A stretch of 59,445 nucleotides of DNA, the filler included. It is 3 parts of 3 records of this genome, joined end to end, with 100 filler letters (N's around TTAATTAATTAA, not from the genome) between each part and the next. Parts side by side here need not be neighbours in the genome. Positions count along the whole stretch, not along the records: positions 1 to 28,303 come from SRR20825006_1014; positions 28,404 to 52,120 come from SRR20825006_1024; 1 more part is not named here. One strand, 5' to 3'. A model generated the notes under the pieces. It was given only the letters and a program-made list of their open reading frames with translations. It ran no database searches and was not told the DNA's origin. The translations under genes were made by a program, and so were the position numbers. Below are positions 22,754 through 34,624 of the stretch, piece after piece (the stretch's first letter is position 1; each line of letters starts with the position of its first letter).

Positions 22754-23074
22754 ATGGCCAGTGTGACCATTATTGAGTTTGGTGGAACAGAGCATGAGGT
22801 CGAGATCGAGGCGGGTAAGTCCCTGATGCAGATCGCCGTGGATAACAGCATTCCCGGCATTGATGCGGACTGTGGTGGGGCCTGTGCCTGTGGCACCTGC
22901 CATGTGATTGTCTCCAGCGAGTGGTTTGCCAAAACCGGCAGCACCAGTGATGAGGAAGATATGATGCTGGGGATGACCCCCGAGCGTGCTGATACCTCGC
23001 GCCTGGCCTGCCAGATTGAAGCCAGCGAGGCGCTGGACGGCCTGGTGGTTCAGTTACCTGAATTCCAGATGTAA
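22754..23074 (+). CDS. 2Fe-2S ferredoxin (putidaredoxin/adrenodoxin type)
   Basis: CGGACACGTCH and SRLACQ motifs; 106 aa; directly upstream of a P450. Confidence 0.96.
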   Translation: MASVTIIEFGGTEHEVEIEAGKSLMQIAVDNSIPGIDADCGGACACGTCHVIVSSEWFAKTGSTSDEEDMMLGMTPERADTSRLACQIEASEALDGLVVQLPEFQM

Positions 23075-23110
23075 CACCTTTGCTGTTCCGTCACTCACAG
23101 GGAGAGAATC

Positions 23111-24493
23111 ATGTCACTGAAATCCACCGCGATGAATATCACTGCCCCGGTGATACCCGCTCATTGGCAGATCCGTGCCGTACACCGTTTTTTGAAGATC
23201 AAGAACACCCTGTTCAAAGGGCCCTATGTGCCCACTTTTATTGAGAGCCCACTCCCGGAAGTGGATACGCTGGCCATTGAAGATATCGACGTCAGTAGCC
23301 CGTTTCTGTTTCGGCAAAAAAAATGGCAGTCCTACTTCAAGCGTTTGCGCGATGAGTGCCCGGTGCATTACCAGAAAAACAGTCCCTTTGGTCCGTTCTG
23401 GTCGATTACCCGTTATGACGACATCGTCTTCGTGGACAAGCACCATGACCTGTTTTCTGCCGAGCCGATCATTACCTTGGGGCGTACCCCTGAAGGCCTG
23501 GAAATTGAAACCTTCATCGCCATGGACCCGCCCAAGCACGATGAGCAGCGTAAAGCGGTACAGAATGTGGTGGCCCCGAAAAACCTGAAAGAGATGGAAG
23601 GGCTGATCCGCCAGCGTACCCGGGAAGTGCTGGATGAGTTACCGATTGGTCAGCCGTTTGACTGGGTAAAAACGGTGTCTATTGAACTGACAGCACGGAT
23701 GCTGGCGACGCTGCTGGATTTCCCCTACGAACTGCGGCACAAGCTGGTGTACTGGTCCGATGTGTCCACCGCCAGCCCGGAAACCACCGGGGGGCGGGTT
23801 GATTCAGATGAAATTTTTGCTGCCGCCGCGGATGCCGGCAAACATTTCGTCAAGCTCTGGCACGACAAAGCCGCGCAGAAAGCGGCGGGGCAGGAAGCCG
23901 GGTTTGATTTGATTAGCCTGATGCAGGCGAACGAAGTAACCAAAGACATGGTCAAGCGGCCCATGGAATTCATGGGCAACCTGACCCTGTTAATCGTTGG
24001 TGGCAACGATACCACCCGCAACTCCATGACCGGCGGTGTGTTGGCGCTGAACCAATTTCCCGACGAATTTACCAAGCTTAAGGAAAACCCGGCCCTGATT
24101 CCCAACATGGTTTCCGAAATTATCCGCTGGCAAACGCCACTGGCCTACATGCGCCGCATTGCCAAACAGGATGTGGAGCTAAACGGGCAGACTATTCGCA
24201 AGGGCGACAAGGTGGTGATGTGGTATGCCTCGGGTAATCGCGATGAGCGCAATATTGATCAGCCGGATACCTTCATGATCGACCGTAAGGGTGCACGTAA
24301 CCATCTGTCTTTTGGGTTCGGTGTACACCGTTGCATGGGGAATCGATTGGCGGAATTGCAGCTGCGTATCCTGTGGGAAGAACTGCTTGAGCGCTTTGAT
24401 GACATCAAGGTTCTGGAGGAACCCGAGTGCGTGCAATCCAACTTTGTGCGAGGTTACAGCAAGATGATGGTTCGGCTTTCAGCGAAAAAGTAG
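23111..24493 (+). CDS. Cytochrome P450, CYP153A-type alkane/fatty-acid omega-hydroxylase
   Basis: FIAMDPPKH, LLIVGGNDTTRN, EIIRWQTPLAYMRR and heme motif HLSFGFGVHRCMG are CYP153 signatures. Confidence 0.95.
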   Translation: MSLKSTAMNITAPVIPAHWQIRAVHRFLKIKNTLFKGPYVPTFIESPLPEVDTLAIEDIDVSSPFLFRQKKWQSYFKRLRDECPVHYQKNSPFGPFWSITRYDDIVFVDKHHDLFSAEPIITLGRTPEGLEIETFIAMDPPKHDEQRKAVQNVVAPKNLKEMEGLIRQRTREVLDELPIGQPFDWVKTVSIELTARMLATLLDFPYELRHKLVYWSDVSTASPETTGGRVDSDEIFAAAADAGKHFVKLWHDKAAQKAAGQEAGFDLISLMQANEVTKDMVKRPMEFMGNLTLLIVGGNDTTRNSMTGGVLALNQFPDEFTKLKENPALIPNMVSEIIRWQTPLAYMRRIAKQDVELNGQTIRKGDKVVMWYASGNRDERNIDQPDTFMIDRKGARNHLSFGFGVHRCMGNRLAELQLRILWEELLERFDDIKVLEEPECVQSNFVRGYSKMMVRLSAKK

Positions 24494-24715
24494 GAGGCCG
24501 TACCCGGTTTTTAGGTTTAGCGCACGCTAGAGGAAAGAATACGAACGGGAGGCTTTCTTCTGGGATCTGCATTAAAAATCGGGTGCCTGTTGCTTAAAGA
24601 GAAAACGAGCAAAGTCTGAATGGCTTAAGTTCCTGTATCAGCATTCTTGGCTCTTCGCGCGCTTGAAATCCTGAGGTCAATCAGTGCGACGATGTTTTCT
24701 ATTGCCCTGGTTGTA

Positions 24716-25147
24716 TTATGTCTTGCGCAGATTATCCAGCATCTTGTGTGCCATGCTTACGAAGGTGCTGACTTCTTGTTTGCTCATGCCTTTCAATAAC
24801 CGCTTTTCCACGTCTTTTTCCGCCGCGACGGTGCGGGCCATTAGTTCACTGCCCTGCTCACTGAGCCTGATTATTTGACTACGCTTATCGCTTGGATGGG
24901 GGATGCGTGTAATCAACGCCATGGCCTCAAGCTCTTTGATCGTTCGAGTGATTTGAGCCTTGTCGCGCCCGGTGATTGTGGCCAAACGGTTTGCGGTGCA
25001 GTCCGCTTGGCTGCGTATCAGGTGTAAAGCTCTTACATGCATGCCGTTGAGCGGCAAACCGTAATCGCGAATAGCGTGTTTGGTGCTGACCTTGAATTGA
25101 AAAGCCAGCTGCCACAGGGCATGGCGGATATCGGAATCAGAATTCAT
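24716..25147 (-). CDS. MarR-family transcriptional regulator
   Basis: DKAQITRTIKELE...DKRSQIIRLSEQG winged helix. Start trimmed to ATG 25147. Confidence 0.9.
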   Translation of the reverse strand: MNSDSDIRHALWQLAFQFKVSTKHAIRDYGLPLNGMHVRALHLIRSQADCTANRLATITGRDKAQITRTIKELEAMALITRIPHPSDKRSQIIRLSEQGSELMARTVAAEKDVEKRLLKGMSKQEVSTFVSMAHKMLDNLRKT

Positions 25148-25150
25148 TTG

Positions 25151-25194
25151 GTTGACTTTGTCAATTACATGGATGTATGGTTGACATTGTCTAC
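25151..25194. promoter_or_regulatory. Two palindromic operators, candidate MarR sites
   Basis: GTTGAC-TTT-GTCAAT (25151-25165) and GTTGAC-ATT-GTCTAC (25180-25194) in the divergent marR/SIP spacer. Confidence 0.65.
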
Positions 25195-25246
25195 TAAATA
25201 TCAGGAGCCCACAAGGGTTCTCATTCATGATTCTGTGAGGTATACC

Positions 25247-26038
25247 ATGGCAAGACCTGCCCCCCGAATTCTGGAAGTGTTACGCACCGAACACCTAACC
25301 CCAAACATGAAGCGGGTAGTGCTCGGTGGCGACACTCTGGGTGACTTTCCTGAAGGGTACGAAAGCGCCAACTTCAAATTGCTGATTCCCCGTTCTGGTC
25401 AGGTCATCAACGACCGCCGATCATTTATGGATTTACCAGACGATGAACGCCCGGTGGTGCGTACTTATACGCTGCGACATTTCGACCGGCAGCGGGGCGA
25501 AGTGGTGGTGGATTTTATGATGCATAGTGATCATGGCCCCGCCTCTCTCTGGGCTGATTCCGCCCGCCGAGGTGATAAGATCGGTTTCGCTGGTCCAGGA
25601 AAGCCCAAGTTGGTTGATTTCGATGCGGATTGGTTTTTGTTCGCTGGCGATATGTCGGCGTTGCCTGCCATTGCTGCCAACATCGAGCGGCTTCCTGTGA
25701 ACGCCAAAGGGTATGCCGTATTGGAAATCATGGATGCACAAGATAAACAAAACCTACCTTTTCCGGATGGCATTCAGGTGCACTGGATGCTCAATCCTAC
25801 ACCGTCTCAATCGTCCGCCAAGTTGGTGGACGCGGTAATTGATCTCCCTTGGCTGGCGGGGTCTCCCTCGGTATGGGTGGCAGGGGAGAGCAGTGCTGTG
25901 CGCGCGATTCGTCGGTATTTGGTTAGTGAAAGGGTGATTGATCGGCGGCGCCTGTATTCCAGTGGTTATTGGCAAATCGGTATGACTGAAGATGTACATC
26001 AAGTGGCGAAAAATAAAGATCGGTCTCGTCGTAGTTAA
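25247..26038 (+). CDS. Siderophore-interacting protein (ViuB/YqjH family FAD-binding reductase)
   Basis: TPNMKRV, RTYTLR, HGPAS, GPG, GDMSALPAI, WVAGE, GYW motifs. Start trimmed to ATG 25247. Confidence 0.92.
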   Translation: MARPAPRILEVLRTEHLTPNMKRVVLGGDTLGDFPEGYESANFKLLIPRSGQVINDRRSFMDLPDDERPVVRTYTLRHFDRQRGEVVVDFMMHSDHGPASLWADSARRGDKIGFAGPGKPKLVDFDADWFLFAGDMSALPAIAANIERLPVNAKGYAVLEIMDAQDKQNLPFPDGIQVHWMLNPTPSQSSAKLVDAVIDLPWLAGSPSVWVAGESSAVRAIRRYLVSERVIDRRRLYSSGYWQIGMTEDVHQVAKNKDRSRRS

Positions 26039-26202
26039 TCGCAAGCGCGGGAACTAAGGAGAGCGCCGTAGATACAAGTCGGCCAGGTTCAACGCTGAGG
26101 GGTCAGGATTACTAGAGGTGTTGTCAGTTTGCGTTAATGCTATGGGGAAGAGAGCTTGTTTATGCTGCTAATGCGCACGGTGTTTATGCTTAAATGTAAG
26201 AA

Positions 26203-26231
26203 GGCACGCTCTCTTTACGGATGAGCGTGCC
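26203..26231 (-). terminator. Probable intrinsic terminator of nrdAB
   Basis: 9-bp stem GGCACGCTC/GAGCGTGCC about 30 nt after the nrdB stop, followed by TTCTT on the minus strand. Confidence 0.65.
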
Positions 26232-26261
26232 CTCAGATTACTACTTACATTTTGTGAGCTG

Positions 26262-27554
26262 TTATTCCCAAGACAGGGCTCCACCTACCTGGTACTCGGT
26301 AACGCGGGTTTCAAAAAAATTCTTCTCTTTGCGCAAATCCATGATTTCGCTCATCCACGGGAACGGGTTGTTCACGCCCTTGAACTGTTCCGGCAGGCCC
26401 AGCTGGGCCAGGCGACGGTTGGCGATGAACTGCAGGTACTCTTCCATCATCGCGGCATTCATGCCCAGTACGCCGCGCGGCATGGTGTCGCGGGCGTATT
26501 GAATTTCCAGCTCGGCGCCTTCCAGGATCATCTGGGTGGCCTTGTCGCGCATCTGGGCATCCCACAGGTGCGGGTTTTCCAGCTTTATCTGGTTGATCAC
26601 GTCGATGCCGAAGTTCACGTGCATGGATTCGTCGCGCAGGATGTACTGGAATTGCTCGGCGACGCCGGTCATCTTGTTGCGGCGACCCATGGAGAGGATC
26701 TGGGTAAAGCCGCAGTAGAAGAAGATGCCTTCCAGTACGCAGTAGAACGCGATCAGGTTTTCCAGCAACGCCTTGTCGGTTTCCACGGTGCCGGTGGTGA
26801 ACTCTGGGTCGGACAGGTCGCGGGTGTACTGGATGCCCCACTGCGCTTTCTTGGCGACGGAGGGGATCTCCTGATACATGTTGAAGATTTCGCCTTCGTC
26901 CATGCCCAGAGATTCGATGCAGTACTGGTAGGCGTGGGTATGAATGGCTTCTTCAAAGGACTGACGCAGGATGTACTGGCGACATTCCGGGTTGGTGATC
27001 AGGCGGTAGATGGCCAGCACCAGGTTGTTGGCGACCAGGGAATCGGCGGTGGAGAAGAAGCCCAGGTTGCGTTTGACGATGCGACGCTCGTCATCGGTGA
27101 GGCCGTCGGCTTTCTTCCACAATGCCAGGTCGGCGTTCATGTTCACTTCCTGGGGCATCCAGTGGTTGGCGCAGCCATCCAGGTATTTCTGCCAGGCCCA
27201 GTCGTATTTGAACGGCACCAACTGGTTCAGGTCGGCGCGGCAGTTGATCATGCGCTTGTCGTCAACTTCCACACGGCCAGAGGCGCCTTCCAGTTCGGCA
27301 ACACCTTCTTCGATGTCCATCTTGGCCACGGTGGCCTGGGCGCGGGCTACGGCGTCTGAGGCGGCTCGGGCGGCGGCGGTGTTGTCTCGTCGTTGTTGCT
27401 CGACTCCATCATCCGCAGTACTTCCCGCTCCCGGTGCTTTAGCTTCAGGTGCCGCTTGGTCAGATACCGTCTCAGGTTGCGGCGGCGTTGTGGTTGCGGG
27501 CTGCGGTTTGGCGACAGGCGTCTCTTGCGCATTAAATTCGTCCCAGCTCAGCAT
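26262..27554 (-). CDS. nrdB: Ribonucleoside-diphosphate reductase beta subunit (class Ia)
   Basis: [34 protein letters not shown]-terminal [10 protein letters not shown]. Start trimmed to ATG 27554 (MLSWDEF). Confidence 0.97.
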   Translation of the reverse strand: MLSWDEFNAQETPVAKPQPATTTPPQPETVSDQAAPEAKAPGAGSTADDGVEQQRRDNTAAARAASDAVARAQATVAKMDIEEGVAELEGASGRVEVDDKRMINCRADLNQLVPFKYDWAWQKYLDGCANHWMPQEVNMNADLALWKKADGLTDDERRIVKRNLGFFSTADSLVANNLVLAIYRLITNPECRQYILRQSFEEAIHTHAYQYCIESLGMDEGEIFNMYQEIPSVAKKAQWGIQYTRDLSDPEFTTGTVETDKALLENLIAFYCVLEGIFFYCGFTQILSMGRRNKMTGVAEQFQYILRDESMHVNFGIDVINQIKLENPHLWDAQMRDKATQMILEGAELEIQYARDTMPRGVLGMNAAMMEEYLQFIANRRLAQLGLPEQFKGVNNPFPWMSEIMDLRKEKNFFETRVTEYQVGGALSWE

Positions 27555-27627
27555 GTGTTCTCTCCATATTCCATTCTTACAAGTTTGGTGGTGTTGATCA
27601 CCGCTTGCGTATTCTTTGTGTGGGCGT

Positions 27628-27690
27628 GCACGCCTCACGCTTCATGCTGGCACGCAAAAAAAGCGTGGTGCATGGGGCGTGACAGCGTGC
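27628..27690. repeat. Intergenic inverted repeat built from 7-nt-periodic CAYGC units (copy 2)
   Basis: G-CACGC-CT-CACGC-TT-CATGC-TGG-CACGC, loop A7, GCGTG-GT-GCATG-GG-GCGTG-ACA-GCGTG-C between nrdA and nrdB. Confidence 0.85.
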
Positions 27691-27699
27691 GAGCACCTC

Positions 27700-28303
27700 T
27701 TATTGGCAGGCTTCGCAGTCCGGATCATCCAGCGAGCAGGCCTGGGGCACGTCGGCGGCCTGACCGAACTCTGCGGCCGGCTCTTCCACCTTGGAGGAAA
27801 CCCGGTTCAGCTTGCCATCGTTGATGGTGGATTTTTCGGTCTGGGTGGCGCCGATGGCACGCAGGTAGTAGGTGGTCTTCAGCCCCAGCAACCAAGCCAT
27901 CTTGTAGGTCACGTCCAGCTTTTTGCCGTTCGCTTCCGCGATGTACAGGTTCAGGGACTGGGCCTGGTCGATCCACTTCTGGCGACGGCTTGCCGCTTCC
28001 ACCAACCAGCGCGGTTCCACTTCGAAGGCAGTACGGAACTGTTCTTTCAGGTCAGCTGGAATTCGTTCGATGGGCTGTGCAGAGCCATCGTAGTATTTCA
28101 GGTCGTTGACCATCACGTTGTCCCACAGGCCGCGCTCTTTCAGGGCGCTGACCAGGTAGGGGTTAACCACGGTGAACTCGCCGGACAGGTTCGATTTCAC
28201 GTACAGGTTCTGGTACGTGGGCTCGATGGACTGGGAGACCCCGGTGATGTTGGCGATGGTCGCCGTCGGCGCGATGGCCATCACGTTGGAGTTACGCATG
28301 CCT
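27700..28303 (-). CDS. nrdA: Ribonucleoside-diphosphate reductase alpha subunit, C-terminal part (cut by gap)
   Basis: [32 protein letters not shown]-terminal [12 protein letters not shown]. Confidence 0.96.
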
Positions 28304-28403
28304 NNNNNNNNNNNNNNNNNNNNNNNNNNNNNNNNNNNNNNNNNNNNTTAATTAATTAANNNNNNNNNNNNNNNNNNNNNNNNNNNNNNNNNNNNNNNNN
28401 NNN
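28304..28403. other. Artificial contig spacer
   Basis: 44 N + TTAATTAATTAA (stops in all six frames) + 44 N. Confidence 0.99.
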
Positions 28404-28433
28404 AGCTGGTTTCAGCCACTCACCCACCTCTCC
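28404..28433 (-). tRNA. tRNA-Ser, 5' part only (cut by gap; anticodon not visible)
   Basis: Minus strand reads GGAGAGGTGGGTGAGTGGCTGAAACCAGCT (acceptor stem plus D-arm of Ser type); conserved position downstream of csrA. Confidence 0.8.
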
Positions 28434-28539
28434 GGAATGCGGTACTGCTTGTGATTTGGTAGTGAACGCTCTTAATCGGCGCCGTCACCAAACTCGCCGC
28501 GCATCATAACGATTTTGCGAACAAAATACAGCTCAAAAA

Positions 28540-28728
28540 TCAGGCAGACTCGCTATCTGACGATTTTTCGTGCTGAATTCGCTGATAAATTTCTTCACGG
28601 TGTACGGCAACTTCTTTCGGCGCGTTCACACCGATACGAACCTGGTTGCCTTTTACACCCAGTACAGTGACGGTCACTTCGTCACCGACCATCAGGGTCT
28701 CACCAACTCGACGCGTAAGAATTAACAT
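28540..28728 (-). CDS. csrA: Carbon storage regulator CsrA/RsmA
   Basis: [48 protein letters not shown]. Confidence 0.99.
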   Translation of the reverse strand: MLILTRRVGETLMVGDEVTVTVLGVKGNQVRIGVNAPKEVAVHREEIYQRIQHEKSSDSESA

Positions 28729-28939
28729 AATGATCCCTCCTGGGGTCCTTTCATTTCCGTGAGCGCTTTCCGTACCTGAGGCTCGCGGGCTGCCGTCCGT
28801 GACGACTCCTTGGTGCAGAGACCATTTACCCACCCCTGGCACGGGGCCGGTAGTATGCCTGAATCAGATTCTCAAGTCTTGCCGTGAGAGGGGCTAGACC
28901 AACCGGTCGTCGCCCCATACCTACCTGATGGTATGCCGA

Positions 28940-30166
28940 TCAGGAGCCGGGCTGATCCAGCTCGAACTCAGAGTGCAGGGCACGCACTGCCAGCTCCAGG
29001 TACTTCTCGGCAATGACTACGGACACCTTGATCTCGGAGGTGGAAATCATCTCGATGTTCACCCCTTCGTTGGCCAGGGCTTCGAACATCTTGGACGCCA
29101 CACCCGCGTGAGAGCGCATACCCACACCCACCAGGGAGACTTTGGCAATCTTGTCGTCACCGATGATTTCCGGGTTACCCAGCTCTTCGGAGGCGTTGCG
29201 CAGGGCTTCCTGGGCACGGACGAAATCGTTGCGGTGCACGGTGAAGGTAAAGTCGGCGGCGCCGTCCTTGCCCACGTTCTGCACGATCATGTCCACTTCG
29301 ATGTTTTCTGCGCTCACCGGGCCGAGGATCTTGTAGGCGATACCCGGAGTATCCGGGGCGCCACGCACGATGATCTTGGCTTCATCACGGGTAAAGGCAA
29401 TTCCGGAGATTACCGGCTTTTCCATATCAACCTCGTCTTCGACGGAAATAAGAGTCCCAGGACCATCCTGGAAACTGGACAAGACACGCAGCGGCACATT
29501 GTATTTGCCGGCGAATTCCACAGCACGGATCTGCAGGACCTTGGAGCCCTGACTCGCCATCTCCAGCATTTCCTCGAAGGTAATGCTGTCCAGGCGACGG
29601 GCGTTATCCACCACACGGGGGTCGGTGGTATAGACGCCATCCACATCGGTGTAGATCTGGCACTCGTCCGCTTTCAACGCAGCAGCCAGCGCCACCGCAG
29701 TGGTATCCGACCCACCACGGCCCAGCGTGGTAATGTTGCCGTCACCATCAACGCCCTGGAAACCGGCCACAACGACCACACTGCCGCCATCAAGATCGGC
29801 GCGCACTTTCTTGTCGTCGATCTCTTCGATACGGGCTTTGGAGTAAGCATTGTCGGTGCGCAGGGGAATCTGGCTGCCGGTATAGGAGCGGGCGTTGAGA
29901 CCCTGCTTCTGCAGTGCCATGGACAGCAAGGCAATGGTGACCTGCTCGCCGGTAGATACCAGCACGTCCATTTCCCGTGGAGAGGGTTTGTCGGTAACGC
30001 CGTTGGCCAGCTCAATCAGCCGGTTGGTTTCCCCGCTCATGGCGGAGACGACGACGACCACTTGGTCACCCTGTTTATGGAAGCCAGCTACCTTCTCGGC
30101 AACGGCCTGGATGCGTTCGACCGTACCCACTGAGGTACCGCCGTATTTCTGCACGATAAGAGCCAT
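28940..30166 (-). CDS. lysC: Aspartate kinase
   Basis: [20 protein letters not shown], two ACT domains; alaS-lysC-csrA synteny. Confidence 0.97.
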   Translation of the reverse strand: MALIVQKYGGTSVGTVERIQAVAEKVAGFHKQGDQVVVVVSAMSGETNRLIELANGVTDKPSPREMDVLVSTGEQVTIALLSMALQKQGLNARSYTGSQIPLRTDNAYSKARIEEIDDKKVRADLDGGSVVVVAGFQGVDGDGNITTLGRGGSDTTAVALAAALKADECQIYTDVDGVYTTDPRVVDNARRLDSITFEEMLEMASQGSKVLQIRAVEFAGKYNVPLRVLSSFQDGPGTLISVEDEVDMEKPVISGIAFTRDEAKIIVRGAPDTPGIAYKILGPVSAENIEVDMIVQNVGKDGAADFTFTVHRNDFVRAQEALRNASEELGNPEIIGDDKIAKVSLVGVGMRSHAGVASKMFEALANEGVNIEMISTSEIKVSVVIAEKYLELAVRALHSEFELDQPGS

Positions 30167-30322
30167 AAAGTCGCTTTTTCTGCAAAAAAGAGCGCGCTAC
30201 CTTAACAGAAACGCGCCGGGATTTCATGTTGAGGTGGTATGGCGGACCTGATCTGCGACCTTTTCCGCCCCCAAAGTGGGTTTTTCAGGCCAGAAATACC
30301 CGGTATTTCCAGCCCAGTCGCC

Positions 30323-32923
<2,601 letters not shown>

Positions 32924-33011
32924 AGGAGAAACAATCATTGGCTGGCTGTCAGAGAGGGCCGAGTATAGCGCCCTCAAGGCCCGGTTGCGATGGGGTTTAG
33001 GGGCAAGAGCG

Positions 33012-33177
33012 AGTTGAAAGTTCAAAGTTGAAAGGCACGAATCTACGGCAGTGCTGTCCGATTTCACCTGAGCCGCGCCGCAACCATGGGAATATACCTC
33101 ACCAGACCGGAATCGCGGCTACTTGGGGAAACACCAGCGAAGCCCTCCCCGCGCTTTTCAACTTTGAACTTTCAACT
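33012..33177. repeat. 166-bp element bounded by perfect 22-bp inverted repeats made of heptamers
   Basis: AGTTGAAAGTTCAAAGTTGAAA (33012-33033) and its exact reverse complement (33156-33177). Confidence 0.9.
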
Positions 33178-33183
33178 TTAAAC

Positions 33184-33951
33184 TCAGCCCTTGATCGCTG
33201 CCGCCAGACATACCGCCAGCACCATCACCAGCAGGATGCGTTTGAGTACACGGGGGGAAACCTTGTGCGCGAACCCCACACCCAGCCGCACACCCAACAG
33301 GCTGCCCAGCGCAACGACCAGCCCCGGCAACCAGGCAACCTGATCGCGGGCGACGAAGATCCCCAGGGCAAGCACGGTAAAACTGCCAGTGATCGCCAGT
33401 TTCAGGGCATTACTGCGTAGCAGGTCGTACTGCAGTTGCCCAACCAGCACCGCCAGCAGTACAAAACCCACGCCCGCCTGCACAAAACCGCCATAGGCAC
33501 CGGCCAAAAACAGGCCGAGCCACCCGGACAGGCTCGCGTTCGGGGATAGCGGGATCGCATCCGGCCCCGGCGACATTTGCGCCGGACGCAGTACCATCAG
33601 CAAAGCCACCACCACCAGGGTCGTCAGCAGAACCGGTTTGAGGATGCTTTCCGGAAGAAACGCCGCAGCGACGGCGCCCACCAGTGTGCCCAGTAGGCTT
33701 GGCACCAGAATCGCCGGCAGGGCGGCGAACGGCATGGTCCCCCGTTTGTTGAACTGGCGAACCGCTTCTACGCTCTGAATCAGCACCGCCACCCGCATGG
33801 TGCCATTGGCCAGCGCAGCGCCCATGCCTGTGAGCATCAACAACGGCAGGATCAGTAGACCACCGCCCCCGGCCAGGGTATTGATAAACCCCGCCAGCAC
33901 ACCGGCGCCTAATAACGCGGCCGCCAACCAGGGATCTGCAAGGTATTCCAT
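33184..33951 (-). CDS. Sulfite exporter TauE/SafE family membrane protein
   Basis: AGFINTLAGGGGL and GAYGGFVQAGVG repeats; about 8 TM helices. Confidence 0.9.
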   Translation of the reverse strand: MEYLADPWLAAALLGAGVLAGFINTLAGGGGLLILPLLMLTGMGAALANGTMRVAVLIQSVEAVRQFNKRGTMPFAALPAILVPSLLGTLVGAVAAAFLPESILKPVLLTTLVVVALLMVLRPAQMSPGPDAIPLSPNASLSGWLGLFLAGAYGGFVQAGVGFVLLAVLVGQLQYDLLRSNALKLAITGSFTVLALGIFVARDQVAWLPGLVVALGSLLGVRLGVGFAHKVSPRVLKRILLVMVLAVCLAAAIKG

Positions 33952-34029
33952 GGGGTTCCCAATCCGGGCTCATAAAGCGCAAGGATACCCTGCTCCACCC
34001 ACCAGCAAAACGCATTGAGCGCACGGCCT

Positions 34030-34064
34030 TGTAGTCGCGGTCGACCCCACCTGTCGCGCCTACA
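34030..34064. repeat. GTAG-ended imperfect palindrome (REP-like)
   Basis: TGTAGTCGCG ... CGCGCCTACA, 9 of 10 positions complementary. Confidence 0.45.
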
Positions 34065-34122
34065 GCAAGATCTTCGTGCAACAGCCTTCACACAGCCCGC
34101 TTTCAACGGGAAACCTTGGCGC

Positions 34123-34150
34123 AATGTGGAATGTGGAATGTGGAATGTGG
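34123..34150. repeat. Perfect heptamer tandem repeat (AATGTGG)x4
   Basis: Directly visible; starts 3 nt after the recX stop codon on the minus strand. Confidence 0.95.
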
Positions 34151-34153
34151 CGA

Positions 34154-34624
34154 TTAGTCCAGATCGTCTTCCGAAGTATCCAGCGCCGCAAAACTCTGCT
34201 CGGCATCAAAGCCCCGGCTTTGCAGAAAGCGCAACTGCCGGGCCTTTTCTTTTTGGTCCGCGGGGTAGTGCCGGAATCGACGGGCCCGGACCTCTCTGGC
34301 AAGGGCGAACCAGTCCACCTCCGCATTCTCCAGCGCTTCGGCGATCACATCGTTCTCCACGCCTTTGAGCTGAAGCTCTTGCCGAATGCGCAAGACGCCC
34401 TGTCCACGCTCAATACGGGCGCGCACAAAAAAACCGGCAAAGCGCCGGTCATCAATAAAGCCGTGTTCTTCACACCAGGCCAAGACCTCAGCCAGCGCAG
34501 GCTGCTCACCCAGCCGCTGTTGCAGCTTGGTGATCAGTTCGCGGCGGCCATGATCGCGCCGGGCCAGCAGGGCAACCGCCCGCTGGCGCAGCTCGGCCTC
34601 CGTCAGCGGATCTCCCTTACTCAT
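34154..34624 (-). CDS. recX: Regulatory protein RecX
   Basis: [25 protein letters not shown] 34624 overlaps the recA stop. Confidence 0.95.
   Translation of the reverse strand: MSKGDPLTEAELRQRAVALLARRDHGRRELITKLQQRLGEQPALAEVLAWCEEHGFIDDRRFAGFFVRARIERGQGVLRIRQELQLKGVENDVIAEALENAEVDWFALAREVRARRFRHYPADQKEKARQLRFLQSRGFDAEQSFAALDTSEDDLD

Noticed and set aside
22627-22944. N-terminal extensions in the ORF track (AraC overlapping fdx; also alaS, csrA, SIP, mutS, TonB receptor)
   Set aside because: Longest-ORF artefacts; downstream starts fit RBS positions and family lengths better.
26262-27554. Class Ic (Mn/Fe, tyrosine-less) ribonucleotide reductase
   Set aside because: The radical Tyr (EEAIHTHAY) and first-ligand Asp (TADS) are present, consistent with class Ia; the Pro/Ala-rich N-terminal extension is ordinary for this subgroup.
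27700-28303. nrdA, mutS, acnA, proA and the racemase as pseudogenes
   Set aside because: Each is truncated exactly at a gap or window edge with no internal stop or frameshift visible.
28348-28359. TTAATTAATTAA palindrome, repeated at 52165-52176
   Set aside because: Centred in identical 100-bp N spacers and encodes stops in all six frames; an assembly linker, not biology.
28404-28540. tRNA-anchored prophage or genomic island
   Set aside because: The tRNA 3' end is lost in the gap; no integrase or att duplication is visible anywhere in the window.
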